DNA of 64,000 nucleotides from an uncultured Candidatus Binatia bacterium (lineage in GTDB: Bacteria; Desulfobacterota; Binatia; UBA9968; JAJDTQ01), in contig OZ243916.1 of assembly GCA_965213675.1 (NCBI GenBank), forward strand, positions 2,592,001 to 2,656,000, read 5' to 3'. Below the pieces are notes generated by a model. It did not search any database, was not told where the DNA came from, and saw only the letters and a program-made list of their open reading frames with translations. Of this stretch, positions 1-9,882 are shown in pieces; the first letter of the stretch is position 1, and each line of letters starts with the position of its first letter. The position numbers were made by a program, and so were the translations under genes.

Positions 1-3000
1 TGTCCTTCTCGGAGGCGAAGTACAGCGCCAAGGAGGGCATCCCCGTCCATGCGTGGGTGCATATCGCCCCGGTCCGCGCATCGCCCACGCACGTTCCGGT
101 CTCGACGACCGCGCTCACCGCGACGGGCGGCGGGGTCGATTATCAGGACTACAGCGCCTCGGTTTCCATCCCGGCGGGATGGAACCGATTCCCGTTGTCG
201 GTCAACACCGTCATCGACAAGGTCCTGGACGAGGGGGAAACGTTCCGGCTGGATATCGACGCTTCCAGCCTTCCCGAGGGTGTCAAGGTCGGAACGCACG
301 GGTCGGCCGTCGTGACCCTCCTGGACCCCGTGCTGGCCATCACGGGCGGCGACGCGGTGGACGAGGGGCAGCCGGCGGTGTTCACGCTGAACATGGACTA
401 CGGCCCTGGCGGGACCTGGCCGTACATCGATGTCCGGGTCGCCGTGCCCTGGGGTGGCCGCGTCATGAACCGCACGGTCCGTAGAAATGCTCAGGAGACG
501 GTGCTCAGTTTCACGGCCACCGGGGACGACCTGAACGTGAGCGGCGACTGGCACTATTGCGCCTGGGTGCTGCCGGTGACCGGGTACAAGACCGGGGATT
601 CGAGCAAGCCGCCCAAGCCCGCCGGGAAGACTTATGACGGCAATCCCGCCAACTGCCCGTCGGGCGCCACAGTGCTGGTCAGGGACGACGATGACCACCC
701 GTCCGAGGCCGAGGCGCCACGGGTCACCTCCATCGAGCGGTACTACCCCGACTCGGCGAGGACCATCACCCCCTCCTATCTGCGCTGGCGGCTGACCTTC
801 AGCGAAGAGGTCGGGAACATGAACAAGGCGGACTTCCAGCTCACCGGCACCACGGCCCGGCTTTCCGTGGAACAGGCCAAAGACCAATACGGAAAGGCCA
901 TCGACGGCGCCAGGATCGGCGGAAATTGGGTTGCAGACGGTACGGGCTCGACTTGGGACGTGACCGCGAGGGGCGGCAACCTGTTGGATATCAAGGGCAC
1001 GGTCACCCTGAGCTTTGCCGACGACCAGGACATCCGGGATCTGGGCGGCAACGCGCTCGCCAGCACCACGCCCACCGGGACCAACGACAACCATTTCGTG
1101 GTGAACGATCCCAACGCGCCCGCGACGGAGCCGGCGGCGTCCTTCGCCTCGGCGACGTCGAACTCGGCCGAGGACGCCGGCACGCACAAGGTGATGTTGA
1201 ACCTCGCACCGGCGCCCCCGGGCGGCCTCACGCTGAGCTACACGGTAGACGGCACAGCGACGGCGGGCAGCGGCCATGACTTCACCATCCAGAGCTCCGG
1301 GACGCTGTCGGTCGCAGCCGGAGCCACCACCGCGGCGCTCCCGGTGGGCATCCACGACGACGCTTCGGTCGAGGACGACGAGACGGTGGTGCTGACGCTG
1401 ACCGACGGCACGGGCTACACGCTCGGCGGCACGACGGCCCACACCTTCACCATCGCCGACAACGACGTCACGGCCGGCACGCCGGGCGTGACGGTCTCGA
1501 CCGGCGCTCTCGACCTCGCCGAGGGCGGGACCGCGGGGAGCTACACGGTGGTGCTGGCGAGCAAGCCGACCGCGAACGTGACCGTGACGGCGACCAGCGG
1601 CGATGCGGCGAAGGTCAAGCTCCACAAGCAGGGCGGAAGCCCGGGCGCGAGCACGACGCTCACCTTCACGCCGACGACCTGGAACCAGGCGCAGACGATC
1701 ACGGTGACGCCCGAGCAGGACAGCGACGCCGACGACGAGAACGTGACCGTCGCCCATGCGGTGAGCCAAACCGGCGGCTACGACGGTGTGACGGCGGCCT
1801 CGGTCACGGTCGCGGTGGACGACGACCAGACGCCCGCCGCCTGCGTGTCGGACGCGCTCCGCACCAATGTCGAGAGCTATGCGGAGGAAACCTGGCGAGC
1901 CCACCCGCATGTCGAGCGCTGGAGCCAAGTGCTCGCCGCCTTCGGGGTCAGCAACGGCTACAACCCGATGACCGCGAGCGAAGCGCAGACCCACGCCGAC
2001 AGGGGCCTGCCCCGGTGGGTGCCGGTGGTGACTGCGCTAGAATGCCTGGAAGGCGCGCCGCCGCCGCCCGCACTGCCCGTCATCACCATCGCCGGCGGGA
2101 CAGGCGTCACCGAGGGCGGCGACGCGGTGTTCACCGTCAGCGCGAGTCCCGCGCCGACAGCCAGCCTCACGGTGTCGCTCACCGTCGCCGATGACGGAAC
2201 GAGCGACTTCCTCGCGCAATCGGACGAAGGCGTGCGGACGGTCACCATCGCCGGGGGCCAGACCTCCGCCACCCTGACGCTCACAACGCAAGACGACAGC
2301 GCCGACGAGACCGATGGCAGCGTCACCACCACCGTCGCCGGCGGCGCCGGCTACACCGTCGGCACGCCGTCCACGGGCACGGCGGCGGTGAGCGACGACG
2401 ACGATCCGCCTCCCGCTACGCCAGTAGTGAGTATCGCCGGCGGCAGTGCCATCACCGAGGGCGGCACGGCCCGCTTCACCCTGACCGCGACGCCTGCACC
2501 GCTCGGCACGCTCACGGTGAATGTGAATGTCGTGGACAGCGGCGCGTTCGCGTCGAGCGGCGAGTCCGGCGCGAAGACGGTCACCATCGACACCACCGGC
2601 TCGGCGACGCTCGACGTCGCCACGGACAACGACAACACGGACGAGCCCGACGGCACGCTCGGCGCGACCATCGCCAGCGGTCAGGGCTACACGCCATCTG
2701 GCACCCACGGCTCGGCTTCGATTGCCGTGCGCGACGATGATGCCTCGACCGCCTGCGTCTCCGACGCTCTGCTTGCCGATGTCCAGGGCTATGCGGGGGA
2801 AAACCGGCCGAACTCGCCGGACCATGTCGAGCGCTGGAAGCGGGTGCTCGCCGCCTTCGGGGAGAGCAACAGCTACAGCAACAACCCGATGACCGCGACC
2901 GAAGCGCAGACCCAGGCCGACAGGGGCTTGGCCCGGTGGGTGCCGGTGGTGACCGCGCTCGAATGCCTGGAGGGCGCGCCGCCGCCCGCACTGCCCGCCA

Positions 3001-5816
3001 TCAGCATCTCCGCCGGGGCAGGCATCACCGAGGGCGGCGATGCGGTGTTCACCGTCAGCGCGAGTCCCGCGCCGGCAGCGAGCCTCACGGTGTCGCTCAC
3101 CGTCGCCGATGACGGAACGAGCGACTTCCTGGCGCAATCGGACGAAGGCACGCAGACGGTCACCATCGCCGGGGGGCAGACCTCCGCCACCCTGACGCTC
3201 ACGACGCAGGACGACAGCACCGACGAGGCGGACGGCAGCGTCACCGCCACCGTCACCGGCGGCACCGGCTACACCGTCGGCACACCATCCACGGGAACCA
3301 TGGCGGTGAGCGACGACGACCCGGCGCCGTCGGCCACGCCCGTCGTCAGCATTGCCGCGGGCGGAGACGTCAACGAAGGCGCCGCCGCCCAATTCACGCT
3401 CACCGCATCACCCGCCCCGACGACGACCATCACCGTCAACGTCGCGGTCGCGCAGAGCGGAGATTTCGCGACAAGCGGAGAGACGGGAGCGAGAACCGTC
3501 ACCATCGGGTCGAGCGGCACCGCAACGGTGGACGTCGCCACCGACAACGACAGCACCGACGAGGCGAACGGCAGCGTCACCGCCACCGTGCAGGCGGGCA
3601 CCGGCTACACGGTGGCGGCATCGCCGAACCATGCGGCCACGGTGACGGTGTCCGACGACGAAGTGCCGGTCGTGCGCGTCGCGGGCGGCACCGGGGTGAC
3701 CGAAGGCGCTTCGGCTTCGTTCACGGTCACGGCGAGCCCGCCGCCGGCCGCATCCATCACCGTCAACGTTGCGGTCACGCAGAGCGGCGATTTCGCCACT
3801 TCCGGCGAGACCGGCACGCGGACGGTCACCGTCGCGACCTCGGGCAACGCGACCTTCTCGGTCGCCACCGACGACGACAGCACCGACGAGACGAACGGCA
3901 GCGTCACCGCCACCGTGCGGACGGGCACCGGCTACACGGTGGCGGCATCGCCGAACCATGCAGCCACGGTGACGGTGTCCGACGACGACGGCACCTCGTC
4001 GGGGCCGACTCTCTCGATTGCCGATGCGAGCTTCACCGAGAACGAACGCTATGGCTACTTCACGGTGACCTTGAGCGAGGCGACGGACGTCGACGTGCGC
4101 TTCGTCTACGCGACACGCGACTCGACGCCGGTCTCGGCAACGGCGAACGAGGACTACGTCGAGATCCCGCGCGCGTGGAGGATCGGACGCCGGATCAAGG
4201 CCGGCGAAACGCAGACACGGTTCTGGATCCCGATTCGCGACGACAACCACGACGAAGGCCCGGAGACGTTCGAGGTCGAAATCTTCGACGCGTTCGTCTG
4301 GCGCTCGGGCAAAGTCCCACTGACGATTACGGATTCGGTTGCGGTGGGCACCATCACCAACTCGGACCCGATGCCAGCGGCGTGGCTGGCGCGCTTCGGT
4401 CGCACGGTGGCGGAGCAGGCGCTCGACGGCATAGCCGGACGCATCGCGGCCCCGCGCACCGCGGGTGTCGAGGGCACCCTGGCCGGACAGGCGCTCACCT
4501 TCGGCAGCGGCGGCCCCGCCGGGGAGGAGCACCCGTACGGGCCGGACGCCTCCCTCACCCTGACGTCGCGCGATGCGCTGCTCGGCAGCCGGTTCACCGC
4601 GACGGGGGAGAGAGACGTGAGCGGCGGGAGCCTCGCCTTCTGGGGCCGTGCGGCGCACTCGCGCTTCGACGGCCGGGAGGGAACGTTCTCCCTCGACGGG
4701 GAGACGACCACGGCGATGCTCGGCGCGGACTATGCGCGCGGCGACTGGCTGCTCGGCCTTGCGCTCACGCACAGTGAGGGCGAGGGCGGCTATGCCGACC
4801 GCGGCACGGGACCGCAGGCATGCCCCGACGATTCGGACCCCGGCATGATGGCGTCTCTGTGCAACGGGGCGGTACAGGAAGGCGACGGCGACGTGGACGC
4901 CGCGCTCACCGCCGCCCTTCCCTATGCGGCACTTCAGGCATCCGAGCGCCTCAAGCTCTGGGGCGCGCTCGGCTACGGCTCGGGCGACGTGACGCTCAAT
5001 CCCCAAACCGGCGAGGTGCTCGAGTCGGACATCTCGTGGACGATGGCCTCGGCGGGCACCCGAAGCGACCTCCTCACCCCGCTGGACGAAGGCGGAGGGT
5101 TTTCCCTCGCTCTGGTCTCGGATGCGCTCTGGGCGCGGACGAACTCGGAGAAGACGAGCGGTCTGGCGGCGTCGGACTCAGACGTGACACGGTTCCGTCT
5201 GGGACTGAGGGGAAGCTGGAGCCATCCCCTCGAAGGCGGTGGCCATTGGACGCCGAAGCTCGAAGCGGGCATGCGCCACGACGGCGGCGACGCCGAGACC
5301 GGCTTTGGAGTCGAGCTTGGCGGCGGCCTCGCCTGGAGCGTTCCCACCCTCGGCCTGTCACTCGACCTGTCGGGCCGCACCCTGCTCGCGCACGCCGACA
5401 ACGACCTGAAGGACCGGGGCTTCGCGGCCTCGTTCGTCTTCGACCCCGCTCCGGCAAGCGAGCGCGGCGCGGCGTTCCGCATTCGTCAGGAATGGGGCGG
5501 ACAGGCCGCGGGCGGGCTCGACGCACTGTTCGCGGCCGACCCCCTGGAGGACCGCACCGGGAGCGAGACCGCGAGCCGCTGGACGGCGGAAGCGGCCTGG
5601 GGCTTCGCCGCCTTCGGCGGGCGCTTCACCGGCAGTCCGCACGCCGGAGTCGGCCTCTCCACCGGAGCGCGCGAATACACCCTCGGCTGGCGGCTCACGC
5701 CGGCGGCCGGCGCCAGTGCCCCCGGCCTTTCCTTCGGGGTGGAGGCGACCCAGCGCGAGGACCGCGGCACGGCGACGGCACACGCGCTCGGGATCGAACT
5801 CAACGCACACTGGTGA
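1..5816 (+). CDS. Giant Calx-beta/Ig-like repeat surface protein with C-terminal autotransporter beta-barrel (5'-truncated by window edge)
   Basis: Frame is open from base 3 (SFSEAKYSAKEG...). Repeated Calx-beta-like units (VTEGGDAVFTV...DDSADETDGSVT...GYTV...VSDDD). From about 4360, NSDPMPAAWLARFGRTVA leads into amphipathic beta strands ending in a terminal W. Confidence 0.85.
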   Translation, partial: SFSEAKYSAKEGIPVHAWVHIAPVRASPTHVPVSTTALTATGGGVDYQDYSASVSIPAGWNRFPLSVNTVIDKVLDEGETFRLDIDASSLPEGVKVGTHGSAVVTLLDPVLAITGGDAVDEGQPAVFTLNMDYGPGGTWPYIDVRVAVPWGGRVMNRTVRRNAQETVLSFTATGDDLNVSGDWHYCAWVLPVTGYKTGDSSKPPKPAGKTYDGNPANCPSGATVLVRDDDDHPSEAEAPRVTSIERYYPDSARTITPSYLRWRLTFSEEVGNMNKADFQLTGTTARLSVEQAKDQYGKAIDGARIGGNWVADGTGSTWDVTARGGNLLDIKGTVTLSFADDQDIRDLGGNALASTTPTGTNDNHFVVNDPNAPATEPAASFASATSNSAEDAGTHKVMLNLAPAPPGGLTLSYTVDGTATAGSGHDFTIQSSGTLSVAAGATTAALPVGIHDDASVEDDETVVLTLTDGTGYTLGGTTAHTFTIADNDVTAGTPGVTVSTGALDLAEGGTAGSYTVVLASKPTANVTVTATSGDAAKVKLHKQGGSPGASTTLTFTPTTWNQAQTITVTPEQDSDADDENVTVAHAVSQTGGYDGVTAASVTVAVDDDQTPAACVSDALRTNVESYAEETWRAHPHVERWSQVLAAFGVSNGYNPMTASEAQTHADRGLPRWVPVVTALECLEGAPPPPALPVITIAGGTGVTEGGDAVFTVSASPAPTASLTVSLTVADDGTSDFLAQSDEGVRTVTIAGGQTSATLTLTTQDDSADETDGSVTTTVAGGAGYTVGTPSTGTAAVSDDDDPPPATPVVSIAGGSAITEGGTARFTLTATPAPLGTLTVNVNVVDSGAFASSGESGAKTVTIDTTGSATLDVATDNDNTDEPDGTLGATIASGQGYTPSGTHGSASIAVRDDDASTACVSDALLADVQGYAGENRPNSPDHVERWKRVLAAFGESNSYSNNPMTATEAQTQADRGLARWVPVVTALECLEGAPPPALPAISISAGAGITEGGDAVFTVSASPAPAASLTVSLTVADDGTSDFLAQSDEGTQTVTIAGGQTSATLTLTTQDDSTDEADGSVTATVTGGTGYTVGTPSTGTMAVSDDDPAPSATPVVSIAAGGDVNEGAAAQFTLTASPAPTTTITVNVAVAQSGDFATSGETGARTVTIGSSGTATVDVATDNDSTDEANGSVTATVQAGTGYTVAASPNHAATVTVSDDEVPVVRVAGGTGVTEGASASFTVTASPPPAASITVNVAVTQSGDFATSGETGTRTVTVATSGNATFSVATDDDSTDETNGSVTATVRTGTGYTVAASPNHAATVTVSDDDGTSSGPTLSIADASFTENERYGYFTVTLSEATDVDVRFVYATRDSTPVSATANEDYVEIPRAWRIGRRIKAGETQTRFWIPIRDDNHDEGPETFEVEIFDAFVWRSGKVPLTITDSVAVGTITNSDPMPAAWLARFGRTVAEQALDGIAGRIAAPRTAGVEGTLAGQALTFGSGGPAGEEHPYGPDASLTLTSRDALLGSRFTATGERDVSGGSLAFWGRAAHSRFDGREGTFSLDGETTTAMLGADYARGDWLLGLALTHSEGEGGYADRGTGPQACPDDSDPGMMASLCNGAVQEGDGDVDAALTAALPYAALQASERLKLWGALGYGSGDVTLNPQTGEVLESDISWTMASAGTRSDLLTPLDEGGGFSLALVSDALWARTNSEKTSGLAASDSDVTRFRLGLRGSWSHPLEGGGHWTPKLEAGMRHDGGDAETGFGVELGGGLAWSVPTLGLSLDLSGRTLLAHADNDLKDRGFAASFVFDPAPASERGAAFRIRQEWGGQAAGGLDALFAADPLEDRTGSETASRWTAEAAWGFAAFGGRFTGSPHAGVGLSTGAREYTLGWRLTPAAGASAPGLSFGVEATQREDRGTATAHALGIELNAHW
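1836..3990 (+). repeat. Internal near-identical duplications in the adhesin gene (about 1836-2400 vs 2748-3320; about 3340-3660 vs 3665-3990)
   Basis: Long DNA-level matches, e.g. gacggaacgagcgacttcct..gcgcaatcggacgaagg twice and ggcaccggctacacggtggcggcatcgccgaaccatgc twice. Confidence 0.9.
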
Positions 5817-6155
5817 GGTCCCCGGGATCTTGCGCCCAGCGACGGGCTCGCCGCCATCATGGGCATGTAGCCGGCGACCCATGATCGGAGCGCAACCACG
5901 GGGGAACGCTCATGGCCTTCATGCGAACACAGGTGCGGCGATTTCAAATCTTCGTTTCCCGGTAGGACCGGCCCCCGCAACCGTCCCTCCATGGGGGTTC
6001 GTCCGGCTCCGTTCCAGCCATTGGCGCCATTTCCTCAACCGGCATCAGGCACATCTTGTCGAAGGCCTTCTCGGTCCGCACCGCCAACCCGTTTCCTTGA
6101 TCGGCACCGGCAATCCTGTTAGACGCCAGACTTGGGTCCTACGCTCTGACGGGCC

Positions 6156-6443
6156 ATGGAAGCACCTTACGACAACCCATCCGAAACCGCCGAAGCGCTC
6201 ATCGAGCGCCTTGCCCAAGCGGTGCATGGCCGGCGCATGACGGTGCCGGCGATCCTGTTTCTCGAAACCCACAAGCCGCTGACGTCGCTGTTCCATACGG
6301 CGGCGGTGATGAGCCTGCCGATGATGCTGCCGCTGTTCGGCGCGAAGGCGCGGGAGTTGCCGGCGTTTCTCCAGTCGCGGGACAACGTGGAGCGGCTCAT
6401 CCGGCGCATCGAAGAACTCGCCGGGGAAGGCGGAAAGGACTGA
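6156..6443 (+). CDS. Small hypothetical protein, first gene of the GlmL-like operon
   Basis: 95 aa, AILFLETHKPL motif; stop overlaps the next start (TGATG). Confidence 0.8.
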   Translation: MEAPYDNPSETAEALIERLAQAVHGRRMTVPAILFLETHKPLTSLFHTAAVMSLPMMLPLFGAKARELPAFLQSRDNVERLIRRIEELAGEGGKD

Positions 6444-7252
6444 TGAGCGGTTTCGAGAACGCCACCCCAGGGGTGCTGGTGGTGATGGCGCTGATGATCG
6501 CGCCGGTGCTCTACTACATTCGCGTGGCGCGGCGGCGGAGCGACCTTTACGTGCGCCGGCTGGCCGGTGTGGACGCCATCGACGAGGCCGCCGGGCGGGC
6601 GGCGGAGATGGGGCGCCCGCTGTCCTTCTCCACCGGCCTCACCAATGTAAGCCCGGTCCTGTACGCCTGCCTGGGGGTGCTCTATTACGTGGCGCGCAAG
6701 GCGGCGCAGTACCGGACGCGCCTGCTGGTGCCGCAGAACACACCGGAGGTCATGGCCATCGCCGAGGACGTGCTGCGCGAAGCCTACCGCGCCGAGGGCC
6801 GCTCGGCCCTGTTCGATCCGCGCAACATCCGGTTTCTCTCCGAGGAGCAGTTCGCCTTCGCCGCGGGCTACATCGGAATGGTGCAGCGGGAGCGCGTGGC
6901 GGGCGCCTTTCTCTTCGGCAACTTCGCGGCCGAATCGCTGATCCTGGCGGAGGCGGGGCAGCAGGTGGGGGCCATGCAGGTGGGCGCCTCGGTGAGCCCC
7001 GAGCAGGTGGCGTTCTTCATCGCGGCGTGCGATTACACGCTCATCGGCGAGGAGCTGTTCGCCGCGTCGGCCTACCTCACCCGTGAACCCATCCAGCTCG
7101 GCAGCCTCTACGGGCAGGACCGCGCCAAGCTCTTCCTCTTCCTCATGATCCTGGCCGGAGTGGGCATCGCCACGGTGAACTCGGTGTGGCCCGAACTGGG
7201 TCTCACCAACCTGGACACCCTCATGCATCTTGGCTGGGGGTTCGGGTCGTGA
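6443..7252 (+). CDS. DUF6754-like membrane-anchored protein
   Basis: N- and C-terminal TM helices around an alpha/beta domain with IDEAAGRAAEMGRP, AESLILAEAG and CDYTLIGEELFAASAYL motifs, recognised as DUF6754-like. Confidence 0.75.
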   Translation: MSGFENATPGVLVVMALMIAPVLYYIRVARRRSDLYVRRLAGVDAIDEAAGRAAEMGRPLSFSTGLTNVSPVLYACLGVLYYVARKAAQYRTRLLVPQNTPEVMAIAEDVLREAYRAEGRSALFDPRNIRFLSEEQFAFAAGYIGMVQRERVAGAFLFGNFAAESLILAEAGQQVGAMQVGASVSPEQVAFFIAACDYTLIGEELFAASAYLTREPIQLGSLYGQDRAKLFLFLMILAGVGIATVNSVWPELGLTNLDTLMHLGWGFGS

Positions 7253-8298
7253 ACGTCCGGGCGCGCCTCATCAAGCTCGTCACCCTGCTGGGCGGCATCT
7301 ATTTCTTCCTGGAGTTCGTGCTGCCGGGCACCGTGTTCGGAGTGAAGGTCGACGCCTACCATGACCAGATCACCAACGGTTTCATTACCGTGGGGGCCAT
7401 GGCCGCGGGGCTGGGGCTTGTCAATCTGCTCATGCAGCACGGTTCGCGGATCGTCTTCCGGCGCCGGGAATGGCCCTACAGCCTGGCGCTGCTTTCGGGG
7501 CTGGCCGTCATGATCGTCGTGACGCTTCAGGACTGGCGCGGCACCGACCGGGTGGCGGAAGAGGTGGCGGGCATTTCCCGGCTGGCGGACTTTGCGGCGC
7601 GCATCGGGTCGGACCACGAAAACGCGGCCGAAGGCGCGCTGCCCGCGGGCGCGCGCAACCGCGCGCTGCGGGACGCGGCGAACCGGCTGCTGGCGCGTAT
7701 CGAAGACGAGACCGGCGCCTTCGACCTCCGACGATTCGGGCAAGGGAGCATCGACCACGGGCTCGCGCGGGGCCACCTGGCGGTGGTGGGCAAGGGGGTT
7801 GCCGCGGCGCGCGGCGCGCTCGGGAAGCTCACCGTGGCCGACGGCGCGGCGCCGGACCTCGCCGCCAACGCGGCGGTGACCCGCGCCCTGCGCGGCCTCG
7901 CCGATAATTGGCGCGCCCTGCGCAACCTCGAGTACGAGTACTCCACGTCCAGGCACGTCTACCGGCTGCTCTTTGAAGGCTTGTTCGTGGCGCTGGGCTC
8001 GGCCATGTTCTCGCTGCTGGGTTTCTACATCGCGGCCGCGGCCTACCGCGCCTTCCGGGTGCGCTCCGCCGAGTCATCCTTGATGATGGCCGCGGCGGTG
8101 GTGGTCATGCTCGGGCAGATCCCCTTCGGCGTATGGATCTGGTCCGGGCTGCCGGACTTGCGGCTCTGGCTCCTGGAAATACCCAACTCGGCGGCGTTCC
8201 GCGCCATCACCTTCGGCGCCGGCGTGGCCGGGCTGGTGATGGCGTTCCGCATGTGGTTCTCCATCGAATCGGACTCCTTCGACCGGGAGGGACGCTGA
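7249..8298 (+). CDS. Polytopic membrane protein with inserted Ala/Arg-rich helical soluble domain
   Basis: GTG start overlaps the upstream TGA (GTGA). About 3 TM, about 150-aa helical insert, then about 3 TM with MFSLLGFYIAAAAYRAFR. Confidence 0.8.
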   Translation: MNVRARLIKLVTLLGGIYFFLEFVLPGTVFGVKVDAYHDQITNGFITVGAMAAGLGLVNLLMQHGSRIVFRRREWPYSLALLSGLAVMIVVTLQDWRGTDRVAEEVAGISRLADFAARIGSDHENAAEGALPAGARNRALRDAANRLLARIEDETGAFDLRRFGQGSIDHGLARGHLAVVGKGVAAARGALGKLTVADGAAPDLAANAAVTRALRGLADNWRALRNLEYEYSTSRHVYRLLFEGLFVALGSAMFSLLGFYIAAAAYRAFRVRSAESSLMMAAAVVVMLGQIPFGVWIWSGLPDLRLWLLEIPNSAAFRAITFGAGVAGLVMAFRMWFSIESDSFDREGR

Positions 8299-8299
8299 C

Positions 8300-9175
8300 G
8301 TGAACCTTGCCCGGATCGACCGCCGCTGGATCTACCTGCTGGTCTTCCTGGCGCTGAGCGCGCCCATCTTGACGCAATACACGGTGCCGCCGGCGCGCAT
8401 GAGCGACGCGGAGCGGTTCTTCGAGGTGGTGGACGGCCTCGAGGCGACACCGGGCCGCTACGCCTTCGTGGCCATGGACTTCGGGCCCAGCACCAAGGGC
8501 GAGAACCAGCCCCAGGCGCGCGCGGTGGTGGAGCATCTCATGCGCCGGCGCATCCCGGTGATCCTGTTTTCGCTCTATTACCTCGCGGAGCCGTTCCTCA
8601 AGTCCATCCCCGAGGAGGTGGGGCGCCAACTCGAACGGGAAAACCCCGGCGAGACCTGGGAATACGGCCGCGACTGGATCAATCTGGGATACCGGCCCGG
8701 GGCCGGGATCCTGATCCAGGCGATTCCCAAGTCCGAAAACCTGGCCCAACTTTTCGGCAAGGACGCCCGCGGCAACCGAATTTCCGATCTGCCCGGGTTC
8801 CGCGAACTGCGCACCTTGCGCCAGATCGCCTTTCTCGCCGAGTTCACCGGCCTGGTCGGCGCCTTCGACACCTACGTGCAGTATTTTACCAGCAAGGACT
8901 ACACGCCGGCCTTCGGCCACGGCTGCACTTCCATCACCATCCCGGAGGCGTTCATCTACCTGGACTCGGGACAGATCCAGGGCCTGCTGGGCGGGCTGGC
9001 GGGGGCCGCCTGGTACTCCGAGCTGTTGCGCCGGCGCTATCCCGAGCGCCCGGTGGACGAATCGCTGATGCTCAACACGGGCCTCGGGGTGGCCCAGCTC
9101 GTGGTCATCGCCTTCATCGTGCTGGGAAATCTGGCGGGACTGTTCGGGCGACGGCGGACGCGGTCCCGACCATGA
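8300..9175 (+). CDS. Membrane-anchored protein with extracytoplasmic alpha/beta domain (unknown function)
   Basis: N-terminal TM after RIDRR; DFGPSTKGE, YGRDWINLGY and GQIQGLLGGLAGAAWY motifs; C-terminal TM. Confidence 0.8.
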   Translation: MNLARIDRRWIYLLVFLALSAPILTQYTVPPARMSDAERFFEVVDGLEATPGRYAFVAMDFGPSTKGENQPQARAVVEHLMRRRIPVILFSLYYLAEPFLKSIPEEVGRQLERENPGETWEYGRDWINLGYRPGAGILIQAIPKSENLAQLFGKDARGNRISDLPGFRELRTLRQIAFLAEFTGLVGAFDTYVQYFTSKDYTPAFGHGCTSITIPEAFIYLDSGQIQGLLGGLAGAAWYSELLRRRYPERPVDESLMLNTGLGVAQLVVIAFIVLGNLAGLFGRRRTRSRP

Positions 9176-9882
9176 CGAGCCCGGACACATGGCATGTCGC
9201 CACCATCCTCGTGGGCGGCATCGGGACACTGGCGATCTTCAGCTTCCTGATCAAGGAGAACGCCTTTTTCCGGGTCTTCGAGCACCTGTTCATCGGCATC
9301 GCCGCGGGTTTCGGTCTGGTGCTGGGCATCAAGAACTTCCTGTGGCCGAAGGTGCTGGCGCCGATGCTGGGGCGCGACATCGTCACCTACCCGGACGGCA
9401 GCCTCTCCCACGAGTACGACCCGCGGCTCCTGCTCTACCTGCTGCCCATGGTGTTCGGGCTGTTCTACTACTTCATCTATTCGCGGCGGTACGCGTGGCT
9501 CGCCAAGCTGGTGATCGGTTTCTCCCTGGGAATGAGCGGCGGGCTGGCCTTCAAGGGCTTCTTCAACCAGATCATGCCCCAGGTAGTGAGCAGCTTCCGC
9601 CCGCTGGCGGTGTTCGAGGACGGCGCGCTGGCCCTGGGCGCCAGTCTGGAGAACGCCTTTTTCGTCTTCACACTGCTGGCGGTCATGTACTACTTCTTTT
9701 TTTCGTTCCGGCACGAGAACCGCGCCGCCGGCGGCATCTCCCTGTCCGGCCGCTGGCTGCTCATGGTGTGCTTCGGCGCGTTCTTCGGTTCCACGGTCAT
9801 GGCGCGCACCGCGCTGCTGGTGGAGCGGGTACAGTTCCTGCTCATCGACTGGTACGGCGCGCTGGCGGGGCTGATGGCATGA
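9172..9882 (+). CDS. Polytopic membrane protein (about 6 TM, unknown function)
   Basis: Highly hydrophobic; FSFLIKENAFFRVFEHLFIG and GRWLLMVCFGAFFGSTVMAR motifs; ATGA coupling on both sides. Confidence 0.8.
   Translation: MTSPDTWHVATILVGGIGTLAIFSFLIKENAFFRVFEHLFIGIAAGFGLVLGIKNFLWPKVLAPMLGRDIVTYPDGSLSHEYDPRLLLYLLPMVFGLFYYFIYSRRYAWLAKLVIGFSLGMSGGLAFKGFFNQIMPQVVSSFRPLAVFEDGALALGASLENAFFVFTLLAVMYYFFFSFRHENRAAGGISLSGRWLLMVCFGAFFGSTVMARTALLVERVQFLLIDWYGALAGLMA

Noticed and set aside
9189-9878. 847-aa ORF suggesting a long N-terminal extension of the GlmL-like protein (likewise the 10670 and 15263 extensions)
   Set aside because: The extensions overlap real upstream genes in another frame; true starts are at the ATGA/GTGA overlaps 9879, 11729 and 16040.
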